DNA from: Octopus bimaculoides
Taxonomy: Eukaryota
Direction: 5' to 3'
Length of the DNA stretch: 44,470 bases
NCBI RefSeq assembly: GCF_001194135.2
Contig: NC_068997.1
Location: 8,829,609-8,874,078 of the forward strand
The notes under the pieces: generated by a model
The model's database searches: none
Seen by the model: the letters and a program-made list of their open reading frames with translations, nothing else
Told to the model about the DNA's origin: nothing
Shown here: positions 1 through 12,375 of the stretch, one piece after another
How the letters are laid out: every line of letters begins with the position of its first letter
Position numbering within the stretch: the stretch's first letter is position 1
Program-made: the position numbers and the translations under genes

Positions 1-404
1 AATACGGCATTGAGTCTTTCTAAGAATGCAGTGATTTCTTTGTTAGAACTTTTGGCTATTTTCAAAAGAGGAGGGAGAAGAAAAAAAAAACATTTATGAA
101 GCTGCTAGTTCGTATGATTTGAGCTTTATTAAAATTGTTTCAGCAAATTATTTGATATTTGAAGTTGTTTCCATCTTTAACCGGTACCAACCAGTTAGCT
201 AGAAAAGAAACAATATTGAATAAGGAGAAGATGCCTAGGACACTAGGAACGAATTCTTTCCTCCTACTCCCTTTCTGATGCATTCCTAAAACTACTCAGA
301 CTTCTTCCCCCTTCACATTCCTCCCTAAAAAAAAAAGTCACATTGCATACATTTCTAGTAGCCCTTAAGAAACTTCATACTATCCTAGATTAATAATAAT
401 AATA

Positions 405-599
405 ATCATTCCAAATTTTTGCACAAGGCCAGCAATTCTGGGGTAGGGGTAAGACAATTACATTTTCAACTGATATTTATGACACCTATTTTATTGACTC
501 TGAAAGAATGACAAGCAAGAATTTGAACTCAGGATGTAAAGACAGACAAAATACCACTAAGCACTTCACCTGGCATGCTAACAATTCTGCCAGCTCAGC

Positions 600-640
<41 letters not shown>

Positions 641-855
641 CCTTTCTACTGGAAGCACAAGGCCTCAAATTCGGGGGAAGGGATTAAGTCAATTACATTG
701 ACCCCAGTGTGTAACTGGTACTTATTTAATCAACCCTGAAAGGATGAAAGGCAAAGTCAACCTCAGCGGAATTTGAACCCAGAGCGTAAAAACAGATGAA
801 ATACTGTTCAGCATTTTGCCTGGCGTGCTAATGATTCTGCCAGCTTGCCACCCTA
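405..855 (-). mobile_element. two tandem copies of SINE family B (head ggcagtgagctggcagaatc, (TTA)n tail): about 405..599 and 640..855
   Basis: reverse complement matches the 9249 and 43490 copies; (AAT)n adjacent. Confidence 0.85.
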
Positions 856-874
856 ATAATCCTAATCCTAATCC

Positions 875-912
<38 letters not shown>

Positions 913-922
913 NNNNNNNNNN

Positions 923-960
<38 letters not shown>
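601..960. repeat. (AAT)n microsatellites at about 601..640 and 878..960 (10-N gap at 913..922)
   Basis: seen directly. Confidence 0.95.
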
Positions 961-965
<5 letters not shown>

Positions 966-1030
966 TGATGAATAGTGAATGTATTTTCAATGACTCTGAA
1001 TATTATTTTCTAAACCTAAGATAATAATAG

Positions 1031-1412
1031 TGGAGGCCCAGTGGTTAGGGCAGCGGACTCACAGTCATAGGATCGTGGTTTCGATTCTCAGGGCGGGCGT
1101 TGTGAGTGTTTATTGAGCGAAAACACCTAAAGCTCCACGAGGCTCCGGCAGGGGATGGTGGCGAACCCTGCTGTACTCTTTCACCACAACTTTCTCTCTC
1201 ACTCTTACTTCCTGTTTCTGTTGTACCTGTAATTCAAAGGGTCAGCCTTGTCACACTGTGTCATGCTGAATATCCCCAAGAACTACGTTAAGGGTACACG
1301 TGTCTGTGGAGTGCTCAGCCACTTGCACGCTAATTTCACAAGCAGGCTGTTCCGTTGATCGGATCAACTGGAACCCTCGACGTCGTAAGCGACGGAGTGC
1401 TACAACTAACTA
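1031..1412 (+). mobile_element. full-length tRNA-derived SINE with perfect 19-bp TSD
   Basis: A box GGCCCAGTGGTTAG, B box GGTTTCGATTC; TSD aaacctaagataataatag at 1012..1030 and 1413..1431. Confidence 0.9.
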
Positions 1413-3651
1413 AAACCTAAGATAATAATAGATTGGCTATTTTCAAAAGAGGAGGGACTCCTAAACCTTCAGAAACAATAATTCTAAAACCATTTCCTAT
1501 AACTGCTCAGCTTTCTGATGCTGTTTAGATAATCAATGTTGTCACCAGCCAATGGAAGGGTCTTTTTGTGGTCATTTGGCCTGTTGGAAATAGCAGCTAA
1601 ATCTTGCTCTACTACAGAGATTCTCAGACTTATATAGTTTAGTGCTTTCACCAAATGGTATTTTCCAAATGCCCCCTCTCTGTATTTTGAAAGAAAAATA
1701 GTTTGTTCTAACCAAACAAAGACTAATTTTACACAGTGCTTTATTATCAACATGTTTGTATTCTCTCCTATCCAACATGTACTCTTTTCTTTTTTTTAAG
1801 TATTTGCTTGGACTGGTGTCCCCTTTGCTAAATATTTATAAAAATTACTAAAAGTAGGCAAGGACTTGTATAATGAATTTCTATTTAGGTTCACTTTATT
1901 AGTGCATGTGAATAAATTATTTAAAAGAAAGATTAACAATACAATTTAAGCTTTAAATAAAATACTAGTAATTAAAATACTATTGGTGTTAACAAATCAC
2001 ACATACACACATGCACATGCAAGCACACACATTTGTGTGTGTGAATGCGAGGGTACATGGCTTAGTGGTTAGTGTGTTGCACTCATAACTCTAGACTGTG
2101 GGTTCAGTTCTGGGATCTGTATGTGTGTATGTGTACATATATATGTGTGTGTGTGTGTGTATATATGTGTGTATGTATATATGTGTATATATATATATAT
2201 GTATATGTGTGTGTCTGTGTGTGTGTATCAAGAATTGAGAAAATGTGAAACGAGTTATGTCCATCAACAAATTATAGTCCGAAAATGAAACAGTTAAATA
2301 ATTAAAGACATAACTATAACTATTCATTGCCGTGTTTCTATGGAAACACATTGCCTTTGTTTCAATTAATTTTGAAAATCCTGAAGAATTTATTAAAATA
2401 ACTGTTGTCGTGTTTTAAGCCAGTGTTTGGAACATAAATTAACGTAGAATTTTGTTGGAAAGTTTTAACCTAGATCACTTTAAAACAGTTTGTATCATAG
2501 AACTTAATGGTTAGTATCAAAAGGACTGAACACCTGACTTCCCCTGCCCCTATGTTATTCCCTTGACAATTGCTGACCCCCCTTGTGAGTTCACAATGAT
2601 CCCTCAAGTTAAGAACCACTTCCTTAGTACATTAGGCAAGAAGAGCACATCTGTAAATGTGGCCCTCAATGTTTTTCTACTGTGTGCTTAGGAAACTAAT
2701 GGAATGGTTATAGCCAGAATGTCTCCCATCATCATTATATTACATTGCCAACATCAACAACTACAATTTTAATATATTTAATGCAAAACTGTATTTACCT
2801 ACGAAAAACCTTGTGCCTAATAATTGCTTAATACACAAATTTTGAAACTAATAATCATTATTAGCAATCTGATTTTACCAATAGTTTGATTAGATAGTTT
2901 ATTAAACATTAAGACTGTTGGTTTTTATCAAGGTGTGAACATTCATATTAAATTTTCTTACCTTTACAAAATAACTGATTATTAGACAAAAGTCATAGTT
3001 TTTCTTCCTACAATTATTATTATTATTATTTAATCTAATTATTTATTTCTTGACAATTTTTTTAAAAAAATTATTTTGATTATTATGAAGCACATAATTA
3101 ATTTCTTACAACTTTCTTAATGAAAAACCTAGCATGAAAAGGTTTTACTTATGCAACATTTTCTTGAAAAGAAGGAAATTAATTTTTTTTTTGTTTTGTT
3201 TTTATTATTATTATTATTTTGTTTGATTTTTAATTTGGGTAACATGTGGAGCTGCTTTAGTTTTGTGATGTTTGTGGTTTTCTAAACAATTCCCAGTCAG
3301 CGCTTTAAATATTCGTTTTGGTGTTTTCTTTCTTGTTTGTTTGTTTTTGTATTGTTTCTATGTTTTGTTTCTCTCGTGATTGTATAAATGTTTGTGCTTG
3401 AGTTTTTATCCAACCGTGGATACAAATATGAGTCTAAGAGCAATAGCCACACACAGTGCACTGTTCCATTATTGGTAGGACCATCCAATGAGAGGTGTGT
3501 GTGTGTGTGTAAAACATTGTGTCAGCATTGAGCTGTTGGTTTCTCATTTTATAATATATGCATACTCTTTGAGCAAATACTTTAGAACCAATCAAAGATG
3601 AACAAAGTTCATTTTATTCAAATTAGATAAATTTGATTGGTTTAGTTAGAC

Positions 3652-3921
3652 CAGTGGTTCCCAAGGCAGGCAGTACTGCCCCTTGGTGGGGGAGATCTGG
3701 GAGGAAAGGAGATTGAAGAAAAGGGGAGCGATAATGGAGTAGTCAAAAGGGGACAATGGATATAAAGAAACCCAAGATAATGGGTTGATTAGATTAAGTT
3801 TTACTTGTGAAATACAGTTGTTTTGAATTTGCTGCTGAAAGTGGTCTATGTTTGTGGTGGTGCGAGGAACATGGCCTGGGGGCTAAGGGGGCAACAGCCT
3901 GTAAAAGTTTGGGAACCTCTG
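3652..3921. mobile_element. hAT/Charlie-type MITE
   Basis: TIR cagtggttcccaa / ttgggaacctctg (12/13); 8-bp flanks agttagac / gtttagac. Confidence 0.8.
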
Positions 3922-4128
3922 GTTTAGACAGTCGACATCTTGAAAGGCTTCACTTTTAAGATATTACCTTAACCTGGGGCAATAGCTTGGTTGAGAGGGG
4001 TTGTCATTAGTGTATTGCTTGTAATGGGAAAGCATTGCTTTTTCTATATGTTTTAGAGGTTTGAAAACTGGTTAAAAGATTTCTACTAAGTCATTATGTC
4101 TCTATCTATGAAACTTTTGATTAAGCCC

Positions 4129-4171
<43 letters not shown>

Positions 4172-5352
4172 TAGATATAGATATATAGATATATATATTT
4201 GGTAGCCATGATAAAACTCCGAATAAGTGTCACATATTTTTACAAATAAATTCCTCTATTTACATAATATCAAGGTCTCTTTCTTTCTTTTGTTGTCCCT
4301 TCTATCAATGTATGTATGTATGTATATATATATATATAGTCCAGTTCTTGCCTTCTTTACATTGTGAATATAAAGAGTGATTTTTGTGTGTCTCTTTAGA
4401 GTTGAATCATTTGTGAAACCATGAGTTTTGTAGGTGTGTAGGACATGACCATCTCCTCAGATGTCAAGTGGCCCTTGAACATCTGAAGAGATGGACATGT
4501 CATGTGGAGCTAAGTGAAACTGTTATTAAATTTCTGTGTGCTTGTGTGTGTGCATGCGTGCTTGTGTGTATATGTGTGATTTGTCACAATCATTAGAATG
4601 TCTGATAAAATGCCTTGAAATAGTCATTCTGGCTTTCTGCAAGTCTGAGTTCAAATCCTACCAAGGTCAACTTTGCCTTTAATCCTTTCTGGGGTCAAAA
4701 AAGTCCCAGTCAAGTATTGTGGTTGATTCTTTTTTTTCTCTCTATTTCTCACATTCTCTTACTCTGTGTTAAAAAAAAAATTTTTTTTAATAAAATAGAA
4801 TAAAAGTCAGCTGTGTCCAGATTTGAAAAATGAGTGAGGTCTGCCAGGTTTGAAAATTCCCCAAGACACACCATCTGCCACAGCAACACCCCTTACAACC
4901 CCAGCATGAGTTAAGGGAAAAACACACTCTGTGGTTACAGCTGCACTTAATTTAGTGTCATGTGACTGCATGGATGACTGAGAAAGAAACACTGCATATG
5001 GGCCAAAAGAACCTGAACATTCTTTGGTTGCATCAATTGTTCAGCACTGCTGAAGGGATAATACTGGGAGAAGGTACCAAAATCACTGAGATCTCCCAGA
5101 ATTACTTTTAATGATTACAGGTGTTAGGCGTAGTTTTGCATTGGAATTCATTTGGCACTATCTACTTGATGTTACACTTCACACTTCCTATTGGTAGATG
5201 AACAAAGAGACCTAATGTTCATATATTATACCATCATGGTTATAATCAACATTTAATGTCTGTTTTCCATACAGACATGGGTTGGATGTTGCGGACGGAC
5301 ACACACACACACACATGTATATGTTTTCTCCTGATTGTATTTTTTTCTGTTT

Positions 5353-5393
<41 letters not shown>

Positions 5394-5565
5394 AATGTTT
5401 GTATTTTTACTTAAAACTGACAAATTACGTTTGTATTATTTTTAAAAAATTAAATTTTATTAATTACCTTGTTTGGATTATAATGTTCTTTTAAGCTTCC
5501 TCTGTGATGATGTTATTCAATCAGACCCACCCTTCCCTGATTATTCTCTCATATCTATACGTGTG

Positions 5566-5596
<31 letters not shown>

Positions 5597-6108
5597 ATGC
5601 GTGTGTTTACATGTGTAATGCTAGGCATGGGCTGGTTCTTGTTGCTCGTTTGGTATTAATTATACATCAATCTACTCATGCATTATAGTGATGTTTGTCT
5701 CTTCTAATTTCACACTAATAATTATTGGTAAATCATTAAATGCTATCAACCACATAGTTGAGAGGGTTTTTTTTTTTTTTTTTTTTTTTTTCTGTGACCA
5801 ACTTTTACATCTTAAAATTGTGTGCGTTTGCAAACGTATACATTTGTATGTGTACATGCATATATTTACATATGCACATGGGTGTGCATTTCAACATCTG
5901 CGTGGTTTTTTTGTTTGGTTTTTTTTTTTTGGTGGGGGTGTCATATTTGTATTTCTACTGCATCTCATTGTTATTTATGGGTTTTTGATTTTCTTTTCTG
6001 TTTTTTTTTTTTTCTTTGTGCTCAAAGTTGTTGCATTAAAGCATGTACTTGCAGCATTGTATTCATGACAGTCATTTTTCTCTATTATCTATTATTGANN
6101 NNNNNNNN

Positions 6109-6141
<33 letters not shown>

Positions 6142-6736
6142 AGAAGAAAAGCTGATGTTTTGGGTTTTAGTGCTGTTGATTTTTTTAATGTATAAATTCC
6201 TGATCAAAGAGAATTCGACAAATTTCAAACTAAATGCATCTTTTAAGCTAAAAATGTAACTCGTTTGTTAATCAAGACCAGAGAAAAAAAAAAGAAAAAA
6301 AAAGAAAAGAATCGGAGAAAATTATATATATTTTTTTGAATAATAACAAAAATAAAATAATTCATACTTTTAATATTTAATTATTAATATTCAGCTAATG
6401 GGAACACTTCTTAACAATGTGAGTGGTGCTGTTGCTATAAATGTGCACAATGTTTTACCAAAATAGCTTTCTCTGTTTCCCATTTATTTTCTTTTATCTT
6501 CATTTGTAAATTTCCAAAACAATTTCGACTTGGAATTAGCATCAGCATTGCCAAATACGGTAATTATTTTGATGCCTAGGCCTATAATGCATTCCTTCCC
6601 ATTCTGCCATGGAAGAATTATGAAGAAAATAAAATTGTGTTTCTTAGGGCTCTGGGTGATTATTAAAATGTCTTGCAGGAAAATGGTTTCTTATAATGCC
6701 ATTTCTTAATTAAACTTCTAGTAAACAAGGTTACAG

Positions 6737-7085
6737 GAGCAGGTATGGCTGGCTGCATGGTTAAGAAACTTGCTTTGTAACTATGTGGTTTGGAGTTCAA
6801 TCCAGTGGCACCTTAGTCATGTGCCTTTTATTATAGCCGGAGACAATCGAAGCTTTGTGTATGAATTTGGTAGACGAAAACTGTGTGGAAACCTGTGTGT
6901 GTGTGTCCTCCCCTACCTTAACTGGGGTTGGTTTGTTTATGTCTCTGTAATTTAGTTCAGGAAAAAAATGCCAGTAGAATAAACACTAGATTTTTAAAAT
7001 ATTTGGGTTGAGTTGTTCAACTAAACCTTTGAAAGTGGTGCCCCAGCATGGTCGCAGTCCAATGACTGAAACAAGTAAAAGATGA
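6737..7085 (+). mobile_element. SINE family A (head ggcgcaggagtggctgtgtggtaag, central microsatellite, tail gactgaaacaagtaaaaga)
   Basis: matches the 21356, 33452 and 40793 copies. Confidence 0.8.
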
Positions 7086-8070
7086 GTAGTGGCGGTGGTG
7101 GTGGCAGTTTTTATTGTTTCTGGTTTATGTACAATGCCTGCAATTTTCAGTTGGGAAGGGTTTAGTTGAAACAAATGACCCCCAGCAACTTCATTGATGC
7201 TTTATTTTGTGGCCCCAAGAGGGATGAAAAGCAAAGTCAGCTAAGGTGGGATTTGAACCCAGAAAGTAAAAGAGCCGAACAAATTCTGCCGGGCATATTG
7301 TCCAACTCTCTAATGATTCAGCCATTTTATACAAATGCATGTATAAATAAGTACAGCCTCAGGAGCCTCTCTGTGGTCACTCATCCTGCTAGACATGGCA
7401 GCCAAATCATCTTCCGATCAACTTGGCCATTATTAAACTGGAGCTCGGAACATAAACTAGCATGGAATTTTGAGGGGAAGTTTATAATTAGTTATCTTTA
7501 AAGCAGGAAGTTTATATCATAGAACCAGTGGCAGTCTCAAGCAAGTTGGAATCAGAAATTAAGACAAAAAGGATACATTATATGAGGCTGTCCATGCTTC
7601 TCTGCTATGCAATGCCACACTTCTACGTAAGCATCACACAATCTGGCCTTTATTCACAGAAAGAATCCCTTCCTTTTTTGCCAACAAGGGTAAATAGCTC
7701 CTTGATCTGTTGGCTCTAAACATTAAGGCTTATTACTCTCAAAGTCATCCTGATAATGTTTGCATAATGTCTTCTCTGTGGAAATTCATTTAAAATGCAG
7801 AATACACGGAAGAATGATTTAATAATTTTTCTAATTGAGTTGCTGATATTTGCTTAGCTTGTTAGTATAAAATTCCATAATTTAGCATTAATTGGAAATG
7901 GGGTGAGGGAGATTTCAAAAGGGAAAATTCAGTGTTGCTAAAAATAATTAGCCAAGAACTAGAAGGGAGGGACTGTTGGGTATTAATTAACGGTGGCTAA
8001 AATTCTTTGAAAAGGATTTTGGGTAGAAATTTAGGCATAACTTTGGAATTGCAATTAAATATTTTAGGAC

Positions 8071-8075
<5 letters not shown>

Positions 8076-8133
<58 letters not shown>
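8076..8133. repeat. (CT)n microsatellite
   Basis: seen directly. Confidence 0.95.
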
Positions 8134-8136
<3 letters not shown>

Positions 8137-8730
8137 CATCATATATTGTATATAGTATTACATCATAACCATGTAGCACGGCATTTTATACCATGTAGTG
8201 TGACACAGCCTACATTCAGTTTAGCATTTAAACTGGCTGTTGTTTCCAGCCTAAATATTCTACCTGTTTTATGTTCAAACTGACCAGATCCAGCCTTTCA
8301 TACCTACCTTACAATGTTATTCAAAAAATATACAATCACATCATTAAAATCTCAAAGCTATAAGACGATGCATGATTAATTCAAAATAACGTGAATAAAT
8401 AAGCATTACATTTGATATAATAATCTGAATGCTAAAGGGTTAAAGTAATGTCTCTAAGTTATTAGGTGATCCATTACTGAAATAATGTTTGTAGCTATTG
8501 ATGTCGCTGTATGGTTAAGAAGCTTGCTTCCCAATCATGTGGTCTTGAATTCAGACACTCATTCACGACAGGCTTCTTTCAATTTCCATCTACTAAATCC
8601 ATTCTTAAGACTTTGATGGGAGACACTTGCCCAAGGTTGAGAAGCAAACCTGTTCACCACATAACCACACCTCAGCCTTTACATCACATAGTATTACACA
8701 GTATGATTACATCATATTAATAATATGATG

Positions 8731-9224
8731 TAATCATTATTGGTTTCAAATTTTGGCACAAAACCATCAATTTCTGGGGAGGACTGTGGAGTCAGAGTTG
8801 GGGTCGGTAAAACTATACTGACTCCGACTCACAATATCGTTATTCTCTAATATAAACCAGTTATAAGATAGAGGCCTACTCAAAGTACAAGCGTATGCAT
8901 ATGCTTTATGAGATATGTAGACCACATTGCATAAAGAGGAGTCTGAGTCAGAGGTGCCAATAATAGAGGAGTCAGAGTCAGAGGTGCCAATAGTAGAGGA
9001 GTTGGAGTTGAAGTTTTTTGATTTGACTCCACAGCCCTGATTTCAGGGGAGGAGATAAGTCGATTACATCGACCCCAATACTCAATTGGTACTTAATTTA
9101 TTAACCCTGAAGGGATGAAAGGCAAAATCCACCCTGGCGGAATTTGAACTCGGAATGTAAAGACAGACGAAATGCCACAAAGCTATTTGCTTAACATGCT
9201 GACATTTCTGCTAGCTTGCCGCTT
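8731..9224 (-). mobile_element. SINE family B copy interrupted by a MITE at 8779..9039
   Basis: family sequence resumes on both sides of the MITE. Confidence 0.85.
8779..9039. mobile_element. MITE with CAGGGCTGTGGAGTC-type TIR (hAT-like, about 8-bp TSD), internal 30-bp duplication
   Basis: gaggactgtggagtc ... gactccacagccctg; flanks atttctgg / atttcagg. Confidence 0.8.
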
Positions 9225-9248
9225 GAATATACCAATATTAAAGTACAA

Positions 9249-9468
9249 AGGCAGTGAACTGGCAGAAGCATTAGCACGCCGGGGGGAAATGCTTAGCGGT
9301 ATTTCATCTGCCAGTATTTCATTCTGAGTTCAAATCCCGCCGAGGGTGACTTTGCCCTTTATCCTTTCGGGGTCGATAAATTTAGTACCAGTTGCCTAGT
9401 GGTGTCGATCCAATCGACTGCCCCCTCCAAAAAAAAAAATTTCGAGCCTTGTGCCTAGAGTAGAAAAG
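9249..9468 (+). mobile_element. SINE family B, full length with 15-bp TSD
   Basis: TSD aatattaaagtacaa at 9234..9248 and 9469..9483. Confidence 0.9.
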
Positions 9469-10470
9469 AATATTAAAGTACAATATGATCTATCAAACAC
9501 AGTAGGTTGTCATGTGACCATGCAAAATTAAAATTGCCATGACACCCACTTATCAATTGATAAAAATAACATTTATGTTTAACTGAATTATAAGGACTGT
9601 CTTTTTTCTTACCTTGGCAAAATTAACAAGTTTTATGTAGGGCTTTTGTTTTTCTCTTTTTTTTTTCTTTTTTGCAAAAATTTCATTATTGGTTTTTACA
9701 CAGGCACACATACACACATACATGTAAGATGGTTCTAGGTTCAAAATGTCTCTGTGACATAGTCTTAATTCCGACAAGAAAAAAAGTTGCTTTAAAAAGA
9801 TAAAATTCAGTTTATTCCTTTGCTGTTTGGTTTGCTGTGTGTGCGTGTGATAGAGAGAGACAGAGAAGTAATTTCTGATGCTGTTCACAGCTGTCCAGAT
9901 GCAATATTATTATTATTATTATTATTACTTAAGAAGAAATATGTTTTTAATAAATAACAATAATCATTACCATCATCATCCTAGATGGTGGTGGTGGTAG
10001 TAGTATTAGTAGTAGCAGTAGTAGAATCGTCTTTCATCTAATTTCATTCCATTCAGATTGTAAAACTGAAATGTACTTTGAAATATCACTTTAATTAAGG
10101 ATTATTTTCAGCTGTGTGTGTGTGTTTATACAGCCTATGAGTTTATACAGCCTATTGCTTTTCATTGATAGAGTATTGATGTCTGTTCAAGTAAAATTAA
10201 AAGTAGTTCTGGTATGAAACCTTTCATTTCTTTATAAATGGGTTGAGTTTACAGTCAAACAACTGAGGTCAAGTTGATTAGTTGTTTAGACTCAGACCAG
10301 CCAACCATTTAAGGGATGCACTTGGGGAAGGTCAGCTGCTAACAAACTCAATCATAAAACCAGCCTCCAGCCATAAAGCTGCATCAAAACTGATAGCAAA
10401 TAAATTAAGGTGGTGCTCCAGCATGGTCACAGTCCTGTGACCAAGACCTTTAAAGGGATGAAAGTATAAT

Positions 10471-10719
10471 CATCATCATCAACACCCTGGGCATTACTGT
10501 CTTTAGTCCCAGGACTCATGAGGTTGACTACCCAATTTCCATTCGCCCTGGATAGGATGCCAATCCTTTGCAGGGTTACTCATTTACTGTTGAGGGAACT
10601 GGAGCAACATAAAATGAAGTGTTGTGCTCAAGGCAACAACACACTGTCCAGTTCAGGAATTGAAACCATGATCTTGCATTTGTGAGTGCAACACCCTAAC
10701 CACTAGACTATGTGCCTTC
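10471..10719 (-). mobile_element. tRNA-headed SINE with V-domain-like core
   Basis: minus strand: tRNA-like head, then CCCTGCAAAGGATTGGCATCCTATCCAGGG, (GAT)n tail; related fragments near 15660..15725 and 21000..21075. Confidence 0.65.
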
Positions 10720-11315
10720 ACTCGATATAATACAGTCATCATTTAGAAATAATAATTAATAGAGACAGATGCAATATTAGTACCAAAAGGCAATCTTGAT
10801 CTCCAACTTAACGTGGACGTTGTGTTGGAACACAGAGTGCTGCTATAGTTACCACGAGAGAACCTCTTAAAAGGTCTTTTTATGTCCACAAGTAAGCTAT
10901 TTTTATTCCACTGATCTTCCCACCTGGAAATCGCTGAGCTTCATAAAATATTGTTTAATGGGGAGGTAACCAATATATCACCCTTTTCCATTTCATAGAC
11001 GTTAAGAAATAAAAACTCACATACCACACATGCATTCACACACACACACACACACAATAATAACAAGCTTCCATACAGTTTCTAGTTACCAATTTCACTT
11101 GTATGGCATTACTCATACCCCATGGTTATGATAGGTGACACTTGTCCAAGGTGCCATGCAGTGGGCTGGAACTGGAAGGCACATGATTATGAAGCTAACA
11201 TCATAATCACACAGCCATACTCATGCCTTAGTTATTTGTCTAATGTTATAAGGAAGACATAGGGAGAGATTGTGTTCGATATTTCAGGCATTGATCCTTT
11301 AACACAAGGGGAACG

Positions 11316-11556
11316 CAGCAATCCTCAACCACCACCAAGCTGTACAGAATGGATAATTTTTTAAAATTTTATTTCTATTTTATTCATTGTCACAGTCTGC
11401 AGGATATTTTTGCATAATGTATGGATTACATATGTATTAGTTCAATTATATATTATGCACTTTGTCATATTTTGTTATGCTCGTGGTCGCCCGGTTTGTG
11501 GAAAAATTGTCTTGCATGAAACCAGTTTGTGGTGCAAAGAAGGTTGGGGACCATTC
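11316..11556. mobile_element. hAT MITE with MER1/Charlie3-like right end
   Basis: left cagcaatcctcaacc; right ggtttgtggaaaaattgtcttgcatgaaacc..aaggttggggaccattc; no clear TSD. Confidence 0.65.
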
Positions 11557-12375
11557 TTTTAATGGAAAAGAAGGAAGGAAAAAGACTGCTCTTTGAGTAG
11601 TGTTTAACCCTTTGCCATTCACTGATTACTCTGTCAAATGCAATGCTTGTTTATTCACATTGTCGATGCATTATATCATAGCTTTGTGATTTCGATGATG
11701 TAACTGTTTATTTTTAGAATGACATTGTAGAGTAGGTATGAGAGTCTGGATCTGTCTAGTTAGAACAGAAAAACAGAATGTTTGGGCTGAATATGGCTGG
11801 TTTGAATGTTAAAAGATTAACATGGCTGCCTTTTCTGAGTATATTTTGTTGTATGTCATGCAGGCAACAAATACAACTGTCAGAGAAACTGAAGCTGTCC
11901 ACATGACACTTGTGGGTCCATACAAAACTTTGTTGTTAAAATTTATCTGCAATAAATTGCTTATACAATATGCAAAATATTTTTAATTTTTTTATACAAT
12001 TCCAAATAATGTTTAATTATAAAACTATAAAAGGATTTTTTTATGTACATCGAATGGCTCTGGAAGTTCAGTAGAATAAAATAGGAATCAAAGGGGTTCT
12101 ACTGGCAAAAAATGGTTGAGAGCCACTGCTGTAGAAGAGAGTAAGCATTTATAGAATGTGAGGTTTCTGGTGTCAGATTGACAGAGAGAGGAAGAGATTG
12201 TGCTGTGGCTGACTGCTACAGCTAGTTAGTCTAAGAGAGACAACTCTAATTGGTTAAGACATGGACTGTATACGTGTGTGTGTGTGTGTATGCGCATGTA
12301 TGTATATGTATGTACAAACATCAAGCTGTATGGCATTTGTTATTTTCACACATTGAAATATATATATATATATAT

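Larger units (their letters stand above)
52..1457. repeat. identical 25-bp direct repeats ttggctattttcaaaagaggaggga at 52..76 and 1433..1457
   Basis: exact match by inspection. Confidence 0.93.

Noticed and set aside
1031-1100. tRNA-like heads of SINEs (also about 2050..2115, 10640..10719 and family A/B heads) as tRNA genes
   Set aside because: No complete cloverleaf; they continue into SINE bodies
1780-1860. Strong acceptor-like tcttttcttttttttaag|1801
   Set aside because: All three frames stop within about 50 nt and the nearby donors are weak
486-6142. ORFs rich in poly-Y, F, K, I or HT/YI repeats (for example 486..668, 2091..2351, 5688..6068)
   Set aside because: Translations of microsatellites, homopolymers and SINEs; no splice or homology support
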